Source: Eledone cirrhosa (Eukaryota). From it: 64,000 nucleotides of DNA. Of the stretch, positions 11,936 through 24,114 are shown in pieces. Position 1 is the first letter of the stretch, and each line of letters opens with the position of its first letter. A program made the position numbers and the translations under genes. The notes beneath the pieces were generated by a model that saw only the letters and a list, made by a program, of their open reading frames with translations, was not told the origin of the DNA and ran no database searches. Location: NCBI GenBank assembly GCA_964016885.1, contig OZ024766.1:434001-498000 (forward strand), written 5' to 3'.

Positions 11936-13696
11936 TTAACAGGGATTTGATTTTTCTCCATTATGTGTTTTTTTGTGTCGAGATAAATTGCTGTTAGAGA
12001 GAAAAGATTTCCCACATATTTCACAATGGAAGGGTTTTTCTCCAGTATGTGTTTTTTTGTGTCGAGATAAATGGTTGTTAGAGAGAAAAGATTTCCCACA
12101 TATTTCACAGTCGAAGGTTTCCCCAGTGTGAGTTCTGTTGTGTCTTTGTAAAACACTGCTTGTAACAAAATATTTCCCACATGTTTCACAATGGAAGGGT
12201 TTTTCTCCAGTGTGTGTTCTTTTGTGTGCAGTCAAATTACCACTTACGATAAACGATTTCCCACATATGTCACAATGATAGGGCCTCTCTCCAGTGTGTG
12301 TTCTTTCGTGTATAGTTAAAGTACCTCTTGTATCAAAGGACTTCCCACATATTTCACAATGGAAGGCTTTCTCTCCCGTCTGAGTACGTACGTGTAGTAA
12401 AACGTGTTTTGATAAACTACTTTTAGTAACAAAAGATTTCCCACATATTTCACAATGGAAGGGTTTCTCTCCTCTGTGTGTTCTTTTGTGTCTGTATAAA
12501 TCACTGTTACAGATAAAAGATTTTGCACATATTTCACAGTGATAGGGTTTTTCCCCAGTGTGACTACGTATGTGGCTAACAAGACTGTAACTCCGAGTGA
12601 AAGATTTCCCACATATTTCACAGTGGAAGGGATTCTCTCCAGTGTGTGTTCGTTTGTGTCTACATAAATCACCGTTAAAGCGAAAAGATTTCGCACATAT
12701 TTCACAATGGAAAGGTTTTTCTCCAGTGTGTGTTGTTTTGTGAAAAGTTAAATGACTGTTAGAGGAAAAAGATTTACCACATGTCTCACAGCGGAAGGGT
12801 TTCTCCCCAGTGTGAGTACGTATGTGCGTAAGAAGACTGGATGTCTGAGCGAAAGATTTTCCACATGTTTCACACTTATACGGTTTTTCCCCAGTGTGAA
12901 TACGCATGTGGATAACAAGTCTGTTATTCTGAGAGAAAGATTTCCCACATATTTCACACTGGCAGGGTTTTTCTTCAGTATGTCTTCTTTTGTGTTTAGT
13001 TAAATAATCGTTACAGAGAAAAGATTTGCCGCATGTTTCACAACTATAAGTTGTTTCTCCAGTGTGAATACGTACGTGGCTAACAAAATGGGATTTCTGA
13101 GTGAAAGATTTCCCACATATTTCACAATGATAGGTTTTTTTCCCAGTGTGAATACGTATGTGGCTAACAAAATGGGATTTCAGAGCGAAAGATTTCCCAC
13201 AAATATCACAATTAAAGGGTTTCTCCCCAGTGTGACTACGCATGTGGTTAACAAGTCTGTAATTCTGAGTGAAAGATTTTCCACATATTTCACATTGGCA
13301 GGGTTTTTCTTCAGCGTGTGTTTTTATGTGTCTAGATAAATCATTGTTACAAAGAAACGATTTATCGCATGTCTCACAATGATAGGGTCTTTCCCCAGTG
13401 TGAATACGTTTGTGGGCAACGAATCTGTAATTGCCCGCGAAAGATTTCCCACATATTTCACAGTGGAAGCGTTTGTCTTTAATGTGAATGAATTTGTGTG
13501 TAGATAATTCATCTTCTGATGAGAAAGTTTTCGTACAAATCTCACAGCTATATTGAGGAATATTTCTGTGTAATGATCCTTGTTCAGTACATGTTTCACT
13601 AGGTAAAGGTTTCTTATCACTGTATGTCTGTGTAACTGTATCTATATTGGTAGAAACAGGTGTGGTAGAAATGTCCAAGGGTTTAACGTCCTCCAT
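11936..13696 (-). CDS. C2H2 zinc-finger gene 3, 586 aa, about 19 fingers
   Basis: ORF track starts at an upstream TTG; the shared MEDVK ATG is at 13696. Confidence 0.95.
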   Translation of the reverse strand: MEDVKPLDISTTPVSTNIDTVTQTYSDKKPLPSETCTEQGSLHRNIPQYSCEICTKTFSSEDELSTHKFIHIKDKRFHCEICGKSFAGNYRFVAHKRIHTGERPYHCETCDKSFLCNNDLSRHIKTHAEEKPCQCEICGKSFTQNYRLVNHMRSHTGEKPFNCDICGKSFALKSHFVSHIRIHTGKKTYHCEICGKSFTQKSHFVSHVRIHTGETTYSCETCGKSFLCNDYLTKHKRRHTEEKPCQCEICGKSFSQNNRLVIHMRIHTGEKPYKCETCGKSFAQTSSLLTHIRTHTGEKPFRCETCGKSFSSNSHLTFHKTTHTGEKPFHCEICAKSFRFNGDLCRHKRTHTGENPFHCEICGKSFTRSYSLVSHIRSHTGEKPYHCEICAKSFICNSDLYRHKRTHRGEKPFHCEICGKSFVTKSSLSKHVLLHVRTQTGEKAFHCEICGKSFDTRGTLTIHERTHTGERPYHCDICGKSFIVSGNLTAHKRTHTGEKPFHCETCGKYFVTSSVLQRHNRTHTGETFDCEICGKSFLSNNHLSRHKKTHTGEKPFHCEICGKSFLSNSNLSRHKKTHNGEKSNPC

Positions 13697-13856
13697 AGTA
13701 ATTCTTAAAGAATTCCAAAAAATCGAGAATAGATATGACAATGTACGAGTGATTTGGGGGAATGAAATTATCCTGTATGTGCTTATATATATATTAGCGT
13801 GTGTGTATCGATGTATATAAGAGATGTCCTAATAAACCCGGATTGTTTACGACGAA

Positions 13857-14145
13857 AAGTACACAATATCTGCTGTGTTAACAATACAAATAATACGTAC
13901 TTTATATTTCAAGTCCAAATGTAAAGTCAAGAAAGACCAGGAAAGCTAATTGCTCAGATGTTGGTGATTTAAACCTATTTCTCTCTGTCCTGTAAAATGT
14001 GGAACAACCAATTCACGATGTAGCGTAGTTTCTCATGAAATGAAATATTTAATCATGTAGGAGATGGAACACCTACCCTGGAACATGTAGCTCACTCTAT
14101 GTTATCTACAGAATATTAACTTTCACCTTAACATGAGATAATTAC
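13857..14145 (-). promoter_or_regulatory. Conserved upstream element, copy 3
   Basis: Near-identical to copies 1 and 2. Confidence 0.85.
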
Positions 14146-14621
14146 TACACAAGATATAATTAGATTAATTAATATTATAATTAAGATAGCAGGTACGTGA
14201 TGTCGTTGGCAATGTTTCTCTTTCCGGTTTGTCACCGGTGTCATACGTTAAAAGTCCCTGATATAATTAATACATTTAGGAACACCCTCAGATATATCAA
14301 TTCACTCCATCAATTGTATCCAACCCAAGGTAAAAGCAACAATGTCACCCAGTAAAATATAATAATAACATATCAACGGGGGATTGTCTTACCTTTCTAC
14401 TTAACCTGTTAGAAATAGCAGCAAAATCACACTCTACTGTCTTAAAACAAAGGAGTTAAACATTCGGCAGTTTAATCGTATATATTTTCCTTAGGGCCTT
14501 GTGGTGTGTGGCTGATTGTCACACTCGGTGGTGAATTGTTGGTTGTTTTTGTTGGTAATTTTTTCTGTTTCTCCCGCTTTCACCAAAAATTTAATCGGCT
14601 ATTTTTGTGATTTACATATCT

Positions 14622-15010
14622 CATCATCATCATCATCAACACGCTACCATGGGTTAGACGGGTTTGTCCCATTTAGTGGGTTGGGTGACCGTGTCTCGCT
14701 CATATAGGACTGTTTCTGGCTGGTTTTCTATGGCTGGATACCCTTCCAAACGCCAACCTCCTTTACAGTGAGTAGTAGTGGGTGCATTTGTGACGCCTGC
14801 ACGACCTCTTTACACTGTTGACTGGGGGATTCACTGGATGTATTTACTTTGGCCTGTCCTCCTGGAGGTGTATGGGAGAGTGGGGCATACTGACTGTATA
14901 TATGCTTCGGCTTCTGCTCATGGGAAGTCGAGTCTTCTGTATTACTGCGTATCCCTCGAGATCCCGGCCATGTGTTAATACCTTTTAGAGGTGCCATTGG
15001 GCAAGGTCTG
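14622..15010 (-). mobile_element. Retroposon fragment with (GAT)n tail
   Basis: Tail GAGGTTGGCGTTTGGAAGGGTATCCAGC; body related to 56900-57245 (shared CAGTAATACAGAAGAC). Confidence 0.6.
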
Positions 15011-15220
15011 TATTTTCCATCTCGAAGCTGCCAAAGTACGGTAAAATTGTTTTAATGCCCCAATCAAAGACTGGATCAAATGAAACTCAATTTTCGGACT
15101 TCTCCATTGAAGAGATACAAAATGGCATCCAGTTAAAATATAAACACGATGACTCCGAGAACTTTGAGTTCATAAATTACAGAGTATTAATGCGAGTTTT
15201 TAACTCCGTTTTTTTTTTCA

Positions 15221-15232
<12 letters not shown>

Positions 15233-15273
<41 letters not shown>
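15233..15273. repeat. (TA)n microsatellite
   Basis: Pure TA run after a short (CT)n. Confidence 0.95.
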
Positions 15274-15279
<6 letters not shown>

Positions 15280-15518
15280 GGTGTACAGTGTACTGCACTG
15301 ATGAAGGGTAATACACAGAAACATTAGTGTCTGCAGTTCTGTTTACATGCCAACACAAGAGCAAGAATGAGGGTTTCATTCTACAGTGACATGGTTGAAA
15401 AAAAAGGCTGTTTGCATAATTGCAAACAAATCGAATATTATTATTAATATTCGAAAAACTCAGATTACATTTATTGTATTCAGCTATGTAGAGCGATAAT
15501 TTATTTATTTATCGTATA

Positions 15519-15905
15519 TCATCATCACTTTACGTCCGCTTTTTCCTGCTTACAAGGGTGGGATGGGCCCTATTCAGTACAGCATCTCTCCACTTGTCAC
15601 GGTCCTTCGTCATCTCCACCGTCAGCTTCAGCGATCTGAGGTCTGTTCTCACCGCCTCCGCCCATGTTTTTCGTGGTCTACCTCTACCACGTCTTCCTTC
15701 AACTGGCATTTCCTGGCACTTCTTCACCCATCGGTCATCCTCCATGCGAATCACATATCCATACCATCTCAGTCTCCTCTCTCGCACACTACATTCTATC
15801 CCTCTCACACACAGTTTCTCTCTCAACACATCCACGCCTGGTCATTCACGTACATTGACATTGCACATCCAACAGAGCATGTTTGCCTCATTTCTCTCCA
15901 TCCGC
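15519..15905 (-). mobile_element. RTE-clade LINE 3' fragment
   Basis: RERRLRWYGYVIRMEDDRWVKKCQEMPVEGRRGRGRPRKTW; abuts the inner end of the right inverted arm. Confidence 0.9.
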
Positions 15906-16324
15906 TTAAATTTTTGGTGAAAGCAAACAACAATTCACCACCGAGTGTGACAATCAGCCACACACCACAAGACCCTAAGGAAAATATATACGACTATACT
16001 GTCGAATGTTTAACTCCCTAGTTTTAAGACAGTAGAGTGTGATTTGGCTGCTATTTCTAACAGGTTAAGTAGAAAAGTAAGACACTCCCTCGTTGATATG
16101 TTATTATTATATTTTACTGGGTGACATTGTTGCTTTTACCTTGGGTTGGATACAATTGATGGAGTGAATTGATATCACTGAAGGTGTTCCTAAATGTATT
16201 AAATTATCTCAGGGATTTTTAACGTATGACACCGGTCACAAACCGGAAAGAGAAGCATTACCAACGACATCACGTACCTGCTATCTTAATTATAACTTTA
16301 ATTAATCTAATTATATCTTGTGTA

Positions 16325-16613
16325 GTAATTATGTCATGTTAAGGTGAAAGTTAATATTCTGTAGATAACATAGAGTGAGCTACATGTTCCAGGGTAGGTG
16401 TTCCATCTCCTACATGATTAAATATTTCATTTCATGAGAAACTACGCTACATCGTGAATTGGTTGTTCCACATTTTACAGGACAGTGAGAAATAGGTTTA
16501 AATCACCAACATCTGAACAATTAGCTTTCCTGGTCTTTCTTGACTTTACACTTGGACTTGAAATATAAAGTACGTATTATTTGTATTGTTAACACAGCAG
16601 ATATTGTGTACTT
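16325..16613 (+). promoter_or_regulatory. Conserved upstream element, copy 4
   Basis: Donor-like CAGG|GTAGGT at 16394 and acceptor TTTTACAG| at 16480. Confidence 0.85.
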
Positions 16614-16774
16614 TTCTACACTCCGTGGTGAACAATCCGGATTTGTTAGGACTGCTCTTATATACATCGATACACACGTGAATATATATATATATATATA
16701 TAAGCACATACAGGATAATTTCATTCCCCCAAATCACTCATACATTGATTTTTGAGAATTCTTCAATAATTACT

Positions 16775-18427
16775 ATGGAGGACGTTAAACCCTTCGACAT
16801 TTCTACCAATATAGATACAGTTACACAGACATACAGTGGAGAGAAACCTTTACCTAGTGAAACATGTACTGAACAAGGATCATTACACAGAAATATTCCT
16901 CAATTTAGCTGTGGGGTTTGTAGGAAAACTTTCTCATCAGAAGATGAATTATCTACACACAAACACATACATACGAAAGACAAACCCTTCCACTGTGAAA
17001 CATGTGGGAAATCTTTCACTCGGAATTACAGATTCGTTGCCCACAAACGTATTCACACTGGGGAAAAACCCTATCACTGTGAAACATGCGATAAATCGTT
17101 TCTTTGTAACAATGATTTATCTAGACACATAAAAACACACGCTGAAGAAAAACCCTGCCAATGTGAAATATGTGGGAAATCTTTCACTCAGAATTACAGA
17201 CTTGTTATCCACATGCGTAGTCACACTGGGGAGAAACCCTTTAATTGTGAAACATGCGGGAAATCTTTCGCTCTGAAATCCCATTTTGTTAGCCACATAC
17301 GTATTCACACTGGAGGAAAAACCTATCATTGTGAAATATGCGGCAAATCTTTTCTCTGTAACGATTATTTAACTAAACACAAAAGAAGACACACTGGAGA
17401 AAAACCCTGCCAGTGTGAAATATGTGGGAAATCTTTCTCTCAGAATTACAGACTTGTTATCCACATGCGTATTCACACAGGGGAAAAACCGTATAACTGT
17501 GAAATATGTAGGAAATCTTTCGCTCAGACATCCAGTCTTCTTACGCACATACGTACTCACACTGGGGAGAAACCCTTCCGCTGTGAGACATGTGGTAAAT
17601 CTTTTCGCTGTAACAGTGGTTTATGTAGACACAAACGAACACACACTGGAGAGAATCCCTTCCAATGTGAAATATGTGGGAAATCTTTCACTCGGAGTTA
17701 CAGTCTTGTTAGCCACATACGTAGTCACACTGGGGAAAAACCCTACCATTGTGAAATATGTGCAAAATCTTTTATCTGTAACAGTGATTTATATGGACAC
17801 AAAAGAACACACACTGGAGAGAAACCCTTCCATTGTGAAATATGTGGAAAATCTTTTGTTACTAAAAGTAATTTATCAAAACACGCTTTTCTACACATAC
17901 GTACTCAGACGGGAGAGAAAGCCTTCCATTGTGAAATATGTGGGAAGTCCTTTGATACAAGAGGTACTTTAACAGTACACGAAAGAACACACACTGGAGA
18001 GAGGCCCTATCATTGTGACATATGTGGGAAATCGTTTATCGTAAGTGGTAATTTGACTGAACACAAAAGAACACACACTGGAGAAAAACCCTTCCATTGT
18101 GAAACATGTGGGAAATATTTTGTTACAAGCTGTCATTTACAAAGACACAAAAGAACACATACTGGGGTAACCTTCGACTGTGAAATATGTGGGAAATCTT
18201 TTCTTGAAAACAGTAGATTAACTATACACAAAAGAAGACATACTGGTGAGAAACCCTTCCATTGTGAAATATGTGGGAAATCTTTTCTTTGTAACAGCAA
18301 TTTATCTAGACACAAAAGAACACATACTGGAGAAAAACCCTTCCATTGTGAAATATGTGGGAAATCTTTTCTCTATAAAAATAATTTATCTAGACACAAA
18401 ACAACACATACTGGAGAGAAATCATAA
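16775..18427 (+). CDS. C2H2 zinc-finger gene 4, 550 aa, about 18 fingers; inverted paralog of gene 3
   Basis: Intact ORF from MEDVKPFDIS. Confidence 0.95.
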   Translation: MEDVKPFDISTNIDTVTQTYSGEKPLPSETCTEQGSLHRNIPQFSCGVCRKTFSSEDELSTHKHIHTKDKPFHCETCGKSFTRNYRFVAHKRIHTGEKPYHCETCDKSFLCNNDLSRHIKTHAEEKPCQCEICGKSFTQNYRLVIHMRSHTGEKPFNCETCGKSFALKSHFVSHIRIHTGGKTYHCEICGKSFLCNDYLTKHKRRHTGEKPCQCEICGKSFSQNYRLVIHMRIHTGEKPYNCEICRKSFAQTSSLLTHIRTHTGEKPFRCETCGKSFRCNSGLCRHKRTHTGENPFQCEICGKSFTRSYSLVSHIRSHTGEKPYHCEICAKSFICNSDLYGHKRTHTGEKPFHCEICGKSFVTKSNLSKHAFLHIRTQTGEKAFHCEICGKSFDTRGTLTVHERTHTGERPYHCDICGKSFIVSGNLTEHKRTHTGEKPFHCETCGKYFVTSCHLQRHKRTHTGVTFDCEICGKSFLENSRLTIHKRRHTGEKPFHCEICGKSFLCNSNLSRHKRTHTGEKPFHCEICGKSFLYKNNLSRHKTTHTGEKS

Positions 18428-18934
18428 CATTTTGAAATATGTGGGAAAGGTTTTGTCACAAACAGTTGTTTACAAAGACACAGTCAGATGTCCTTCCTGA
18501 GGAAAGTTCAGATAAAGTGAGAACAGACACACTTAACCCTTTAGCAGATGCATGGGCAACCTTTTCCGAGAAGCGGGCCGCATAAGATTTGGCTCATCAT
18601 CTAATTTACATTCATGCCCGCATTAAAAAAAGGGCGATAGCTCGGCTTGTTTGGATTTGTTTCTTTAGAATTTGTACATGTTTTCCTCGTAAAGATGATA
18701 GAAAGATAAATTAGGACTGATAATTCACCACAGCATCCATAATGTGGGGGGGAGCAAAAGAGTCATGTATATGTCTGTGTTTATCTCTTATAATATACGG
18801 CTCGGAAAAATCTCTTTCCTAGAGCTATTTTATTGTAAGAGACTATTTTGAGTTTCTAACTCAATACATACCTTTGATATACCTTGATTAAATCTTAACC
18901 ATTTAACACTTCAGGGTATGTCATGAATCATTTT

Positions 18935-19000
18935 ATTTTATCTGATGAGGACGTACTATTGAACTTGATTCAAGTACCTCTGAAATATGTATAATCAAAT
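18935..19000 (+). ncRNA. Type I hammerhead ribozyme candidate
   Basis: ATTTTAT CTGATGA GGACGTAC TA TTGAA CTTGA TTCAA GTACCTCT GAAA TATGT ATA ATCAAAT; all three stems can be drawn. Confidence 0.65.
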
Positions 19001-19518
19001 TTTATTGATCACAAGAACATCTATTTTATTAATATTTGAATTTAATATTTGATATATATATAGAGTCTTGAGACGCAAGTGTATTAGAATTGTCAGGAAA
19101 ATGGGAAAACCCAGCATATGGAAGTTGTTAGAACAGCAAATTACCGTTGAGGTAACATTACCTCAGAGGACAGAGGTCAGTGAGTTGACTCAAAGATTAA
19201 GATTTGCTCTCCAGATCTCAACTTCCTGCAGTTACGACAAATGAATGAGATTACTGCGAAGAATAGGAGGGTCGTAACAGAGGAATAAAGTATGTATACA
19301 TTTTTTGGGGGGACACTGTATAACAAGTTTTTACTATCTCCATTAAGATAGTGGTCTGTATAACAAGTTTTTACTAAGCCATGTGCCTCCATATATATAT
19401 AGACACACACACACACACGTGTGTGTATATTGTTTACTTAGCAATCGAACAGTTATAAAATCTGGTTTTCTCAAGTTGCACAAGTTCATGTAAGACAATG
19501 TATTTCAACAGAAATAAA

Positions 19519-19599
19519 TACGGGGTGTCCCCCAAAAATGTATACACACTTTGATTAGAATGCTGTTGAAGTATGTATAGATTTTGGGGGGACACTGTA
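19519..19599. mobile_element. Tiny Tc1/mariner-type MITE, duplicated copy
   Basis: Inverted copy of 10692-10773; an extra single terminus at about 19290-19320. Confidence 0.7.
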
Positions 19600-20654
19600 T
19601 AACAAGTTTTTACTCTCTCCATCGCTGTTTAAGTGAAATTACTTTCATTTTACAAATGTTGCTGCCATGTCTTCTAAATTGCCTAGCTATGATAAGATGG
19701 CGACTTTTATAGTAATTAAGATGAGACGACAGGACCATAGTGACGCTGGAAATAGCAGCCAAATCTGTCTAAATATATATGAGAGAGTAGAGGAAATACG
19801 GGAAGGGGGAAAAACGTAAATGGTAGAGAGAGAGGGGTGGAATTAAACAGACGGAAAGAGAGTACAGGAGAGGCAGAGTAAGAATAATAGAGTATAACAA
19901 CAGGTAATTAATTTAATAATTGTTTGATTACAACATTCTATTTAAAGATATTTGAACCTCCAGTCATAGCTTGTGTTACATTTGTCATTTATTTAAATCA
20001 ACCTTTCTCCGTGTTTCAGGTTATTGTATCTACATAGTATTTTGTTGACGACCTCATGGTGTTCTATGTTGTTGAATTATTATACGAATATATAGTACTC
20101 TGTATTAGGGCATGACAGGACCATAGTGACGCTGGAAATAGCAGCCAAAACTGTCTAAATATATATGAGAGAGTAGAGGAAATACGGGGAGAGGGGAAAA
20201 AACGTAAATGGTAGAGAGAGAGAGAGAGGTGGAATTAAACAGACGGAAAGATAGTACAGGAGAGACAGAGTAAGAATAATAGAGTATTTAAACAAGAAAT
20301 AAAGAGTAAAATAGAAAATTAGAGGGAGGGCGCTGAAAATCTGTATACGTTACAAGAGTTACTTCCCTTTGACTCTTATTTTCATCTGATTCAGCTAAAC
20401 TTTGTGTTAATATTCCCCCTTGCCATTCTGAGTTCAAATCCTGCCGAGGTTAACTTTGCCTTTCATCCTTACGGGGTCGATAAAATAAAGTACCAGTAAT
20501 ACACTGGGTCGATTTAATAAACTTTCTCTTCCCTCAAAATTGTTGGCCTTTGTATTATACCAGAACTTTCCTCAAATAAATGGACGGTTTTTTTTTTAAC
20601 CTTTTACGTGTTGTTGTTCTTCTCCCTCAAAATTACAGCTCTAATACTACGGAC

Positions 20655-20830
20655 AAAACCAACTGGCAGGAGACCCAGGGGTAAATCCCGAACAAGATAG
20701 TTGGCTAACATGCTTGACTGGTCTCACTTAGGGATCCATCTAGATCGGTTGGAGACGGTTGCTTCTGGCAGGGCCCGCTGGAAGGTGTGTTTGAGGGCTC
20801 TGCCCCATCAACCCTCTCAGGAATAAGTGG
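20655..20830 (+). mobile_element. RTE-like LINE 3' fragment
   Basis: Related to 9395-9600. Confidence 0.65.
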
Positions 20831-20850
20831 GCGTAGAAGAAGTGCTACTA

Positions 20851-21533
20851 TTTAATAAAATATAAGAAGACAACACATTGATTACATGGGAAGAGGGTAA
20901 GTTGAGAAAGATTTACTTGAAGTCTATAATAATGTGTGTAAATAATAGAATTATGTGAACCTTTCAACGATACAGTAATTATATACAAGTGAAAATATTT
21001 AACAACTTTGGACATATTTCTTCCTCGTCACTTTTATATACAGGAAAATACTTCTAGACTGAAATGTTGTCTTATTTTACAATAGCTAGATTCTACTGTT
21101 ACATGTGATATTAAATAGATTGTTATTATGAGTGTCTTTATTATTTAAATTACCTCCGTCTATTTAATCATGTTCTTCACTACCTTGTATTATAATATAT
21201 ATTTTATATTCAGCTGTACTTTGTTGTTTTAGGTAAATTAAATCTGTCTACATGTTAGCCTAAATCTGTTTTAATTTAAGGTAAATTTACAGTAAAACCA
21301 CCTGTCAGTCGTCCGGTGGGAAATTCTTAATTTTCCTATTTTTTTTCGTGTTTCCAACAAACCTAACCTCAAAATCAGTCAGAAACGACTCATTTTCTAG
21401 AATATACGTACTATTGTATCTGAAAACAAAAAGCCAGCTCTACTTGTTCGGTGTAACAAGATACGAATCTGTGGCTAAAGAATAAGAAGATACACCAACG
21501 TTAATGGCGGACAAAGAAAAGATGATAAAATCT
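20851..21533. repeat. Inverted, permuted copy of 26817-27543
   Basis: 20851-21400 matches rc(26817-27364); 21401-21533 matches rc(27408-27543). Confidence 0.9.
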
Positions 21534-21869
21534 GTTTCAATTTAAGGACCAAAGACATGAAGTGTTCAGAATTGGGAGACAATGAGTGAAGGAAAATTGT
21601 GGCAGCTAGACATTTGGGGATAGTGGCTGAGATGTTGAAAACATCTTGAATGGTGGTCACCTCTCAAAGGCAATGACACAGGGCTGAGCTCTCTGGTGTT
21701 ATGCAGTACTTCAGAAGACCTGCCTTTGCACGTGCTTGGGATGATACACATCTTCTCCCATATCTTAACACTCCACCTTTTCCCAGTTAAGTGCCCCACA
21801 TTAGAGGCCCCTCTCTTGACCAACCAGTGTATACAAATATGGAAAGAGGAACACAAATAGACGCTTTCA

Positions 21870-22155
21870 GTCAACCCTGTAAGGTGGTCATGGTGGTGAC
21901 ACAACAAAAACCCCTAATCCAACATATAAGGTGCGTATGTTGGTGCCATGACAAAACACCTAGTCCTCCCTGTAAGGTGCCATGACAAAAGAGTACCAAA
22001 ACCTCCCTGTAAGGTAACATGACAAAAGAGCAGCTAGCCCTCTCTGCAAGGTGGTCGTGCTTGTGACATGACAGATAAGCACCAAGTCCCCCATCTAACA
22101 TGGTCATGTTGGTGACACGAGAAAAGGAACCCACTCCAACATGTAAAGAAGCCAT
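21870..22155. repeat. Degenerate short tandem repeat
   Basis: Recurrent CCCTGTAAGGTG...CATG...GACA units. Confidence 0.6.
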
Positions 22156-22574
22156 GATGCATAAGGTTACTTCCCAGATGAGATCAAGGTCCTGACTGCT
22201 TTCCTCTAGCCAAAGACTTTGGTTTTTGCCAAGTTTATTCTAAGAATTTTAAATTATGTTTTTGTTTCTAAAGATGAATTTTCTTCTCCAGCTCATTCAC
22301 CTTCACTGTACAAGTATTTGCATAGATTCATTAAAACTTCTATCAAGATAATATTGCTATATATGGTGTTAATAAGAGACATTTAGATGGGAAAATGAAA
22401 AGTTGAAATGACTGACTTGGCAAATTCCTCAAATATAAATCTTTTATTAACAACCCAGGGATTGAAATTTAGGACATACATAAAATTTATGTAATGAATT
22501 ATAAAAAACTAACAAATGATTTCAAAAAGAAACAAACCAATACAAATAGATATGAGAAAGAAAACACTCTCCTT

Positions 22575-22790
22575 CAATTATACACTACAGGGAATGTGGG
22601 TGAGGCACTCTAAATATTTCTTGAGGCCAGTTACAGCATTATGTCATGGGATAGAGGGTCCCTCAATGACACACTACAACAGGGAATGTGGGTGAGGCAC
22701 TCTAAATATTTCTTGAGGTCAGTTACAGCATTATGTCATGGGATAGAGGGTACCTCAATTACAAACTACAACAGGGAATGTGGGTGTTGC
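22575..22790. repeat. ~92-bp minisatellite, diverged relative of the 90-bp unit
   Basis: ACTACAACAGGGAATGTGGGTG...GATAGAGGGTCCCTCAAT, about 2.3 copies. Confidence 0.8.
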
Positions 22791-23097
22791 CAAAAATAAA
22801 ATTTAAGAAGACAAATATCAGATATGAGAATAACTTTAATCCCATTTAAAAATAAAATTAAAAAATAAAGCAATATTTAGAAGCTGTAGAAATACTAAGG
22901 GTTTCCTTGTGATATTAGTTGACAATAAGTTTATATTTGTAAGATGAAGGACATGTTACATTGCCAAGTTAAAATGTTTGTTTGTTTTTCTCTAAGTCAC
23001 TGGTAGGGCTTTCATCAGTGTCTCTTCTCTTGTGTGCATTTAAATTACTGCTACAGACAAAAGATTTTCCACACATTACACATTTGAAGGGTTTTTA

Positions 23098-23301
<204 letters not shown>

Positions 23302-23454
23302 TCACTGCGGGAATAACTTACCACAGTTATCAGTGATGAGGTTTCTCTCCTGTATGAATATATTTATGGTTAGCTAAATTGCTTGAATGAGAGAATGATT
23401 TACCACAGATACCAGTGATAAGGTTTCTCACCTATATGACCCTTTTTGTGTTTT

Positions 23455-24114
<660 letters not shown>

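Larger units (their letters stand above)
9645..14594. repeat. Left arm of a ~5-kb inverted duplication
   Basis: Reverse complement of 15906-20625, including gene, upstream element and flanks, with internal indels. Confidence 0.92.
15906..20625. repeat. Right arm of the ~5-kb inverted duplication
   Basis: Reverse complement of 9645-14594. Confidence 0.92.

Noticed and set aside
16226-16342. 38-aa hydrophobic uORF MTPVTNRKEKHYQRHHVPAILIITLINLIISCVVIMSC as a conserved micropeptide
   Set aside because: The ATG is absent upstream of genes 2, 6, 7, 8 and 9, the frame shifts in the gene 1 unit, and it stops after 8 codons in the gene 12 unit.
16414-16516. Box C/D snoRNA inside the conserved element (ATGATTA...CTGA)
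   Set aside because: Imperfect C box, no terminal stem, no recognisable guide, and not evident in the diverged copy.
16521-16755. ORFs across the conserved element (TLHLDLKYKVRII on one strand, KYTISAVLTIQII on the other)
   Set aside because: The sense frame starts at TTG just after a stop, ORF ends vary with the (TA)n tract, and the diverged copy at 59766 does not keep a long shared frame.
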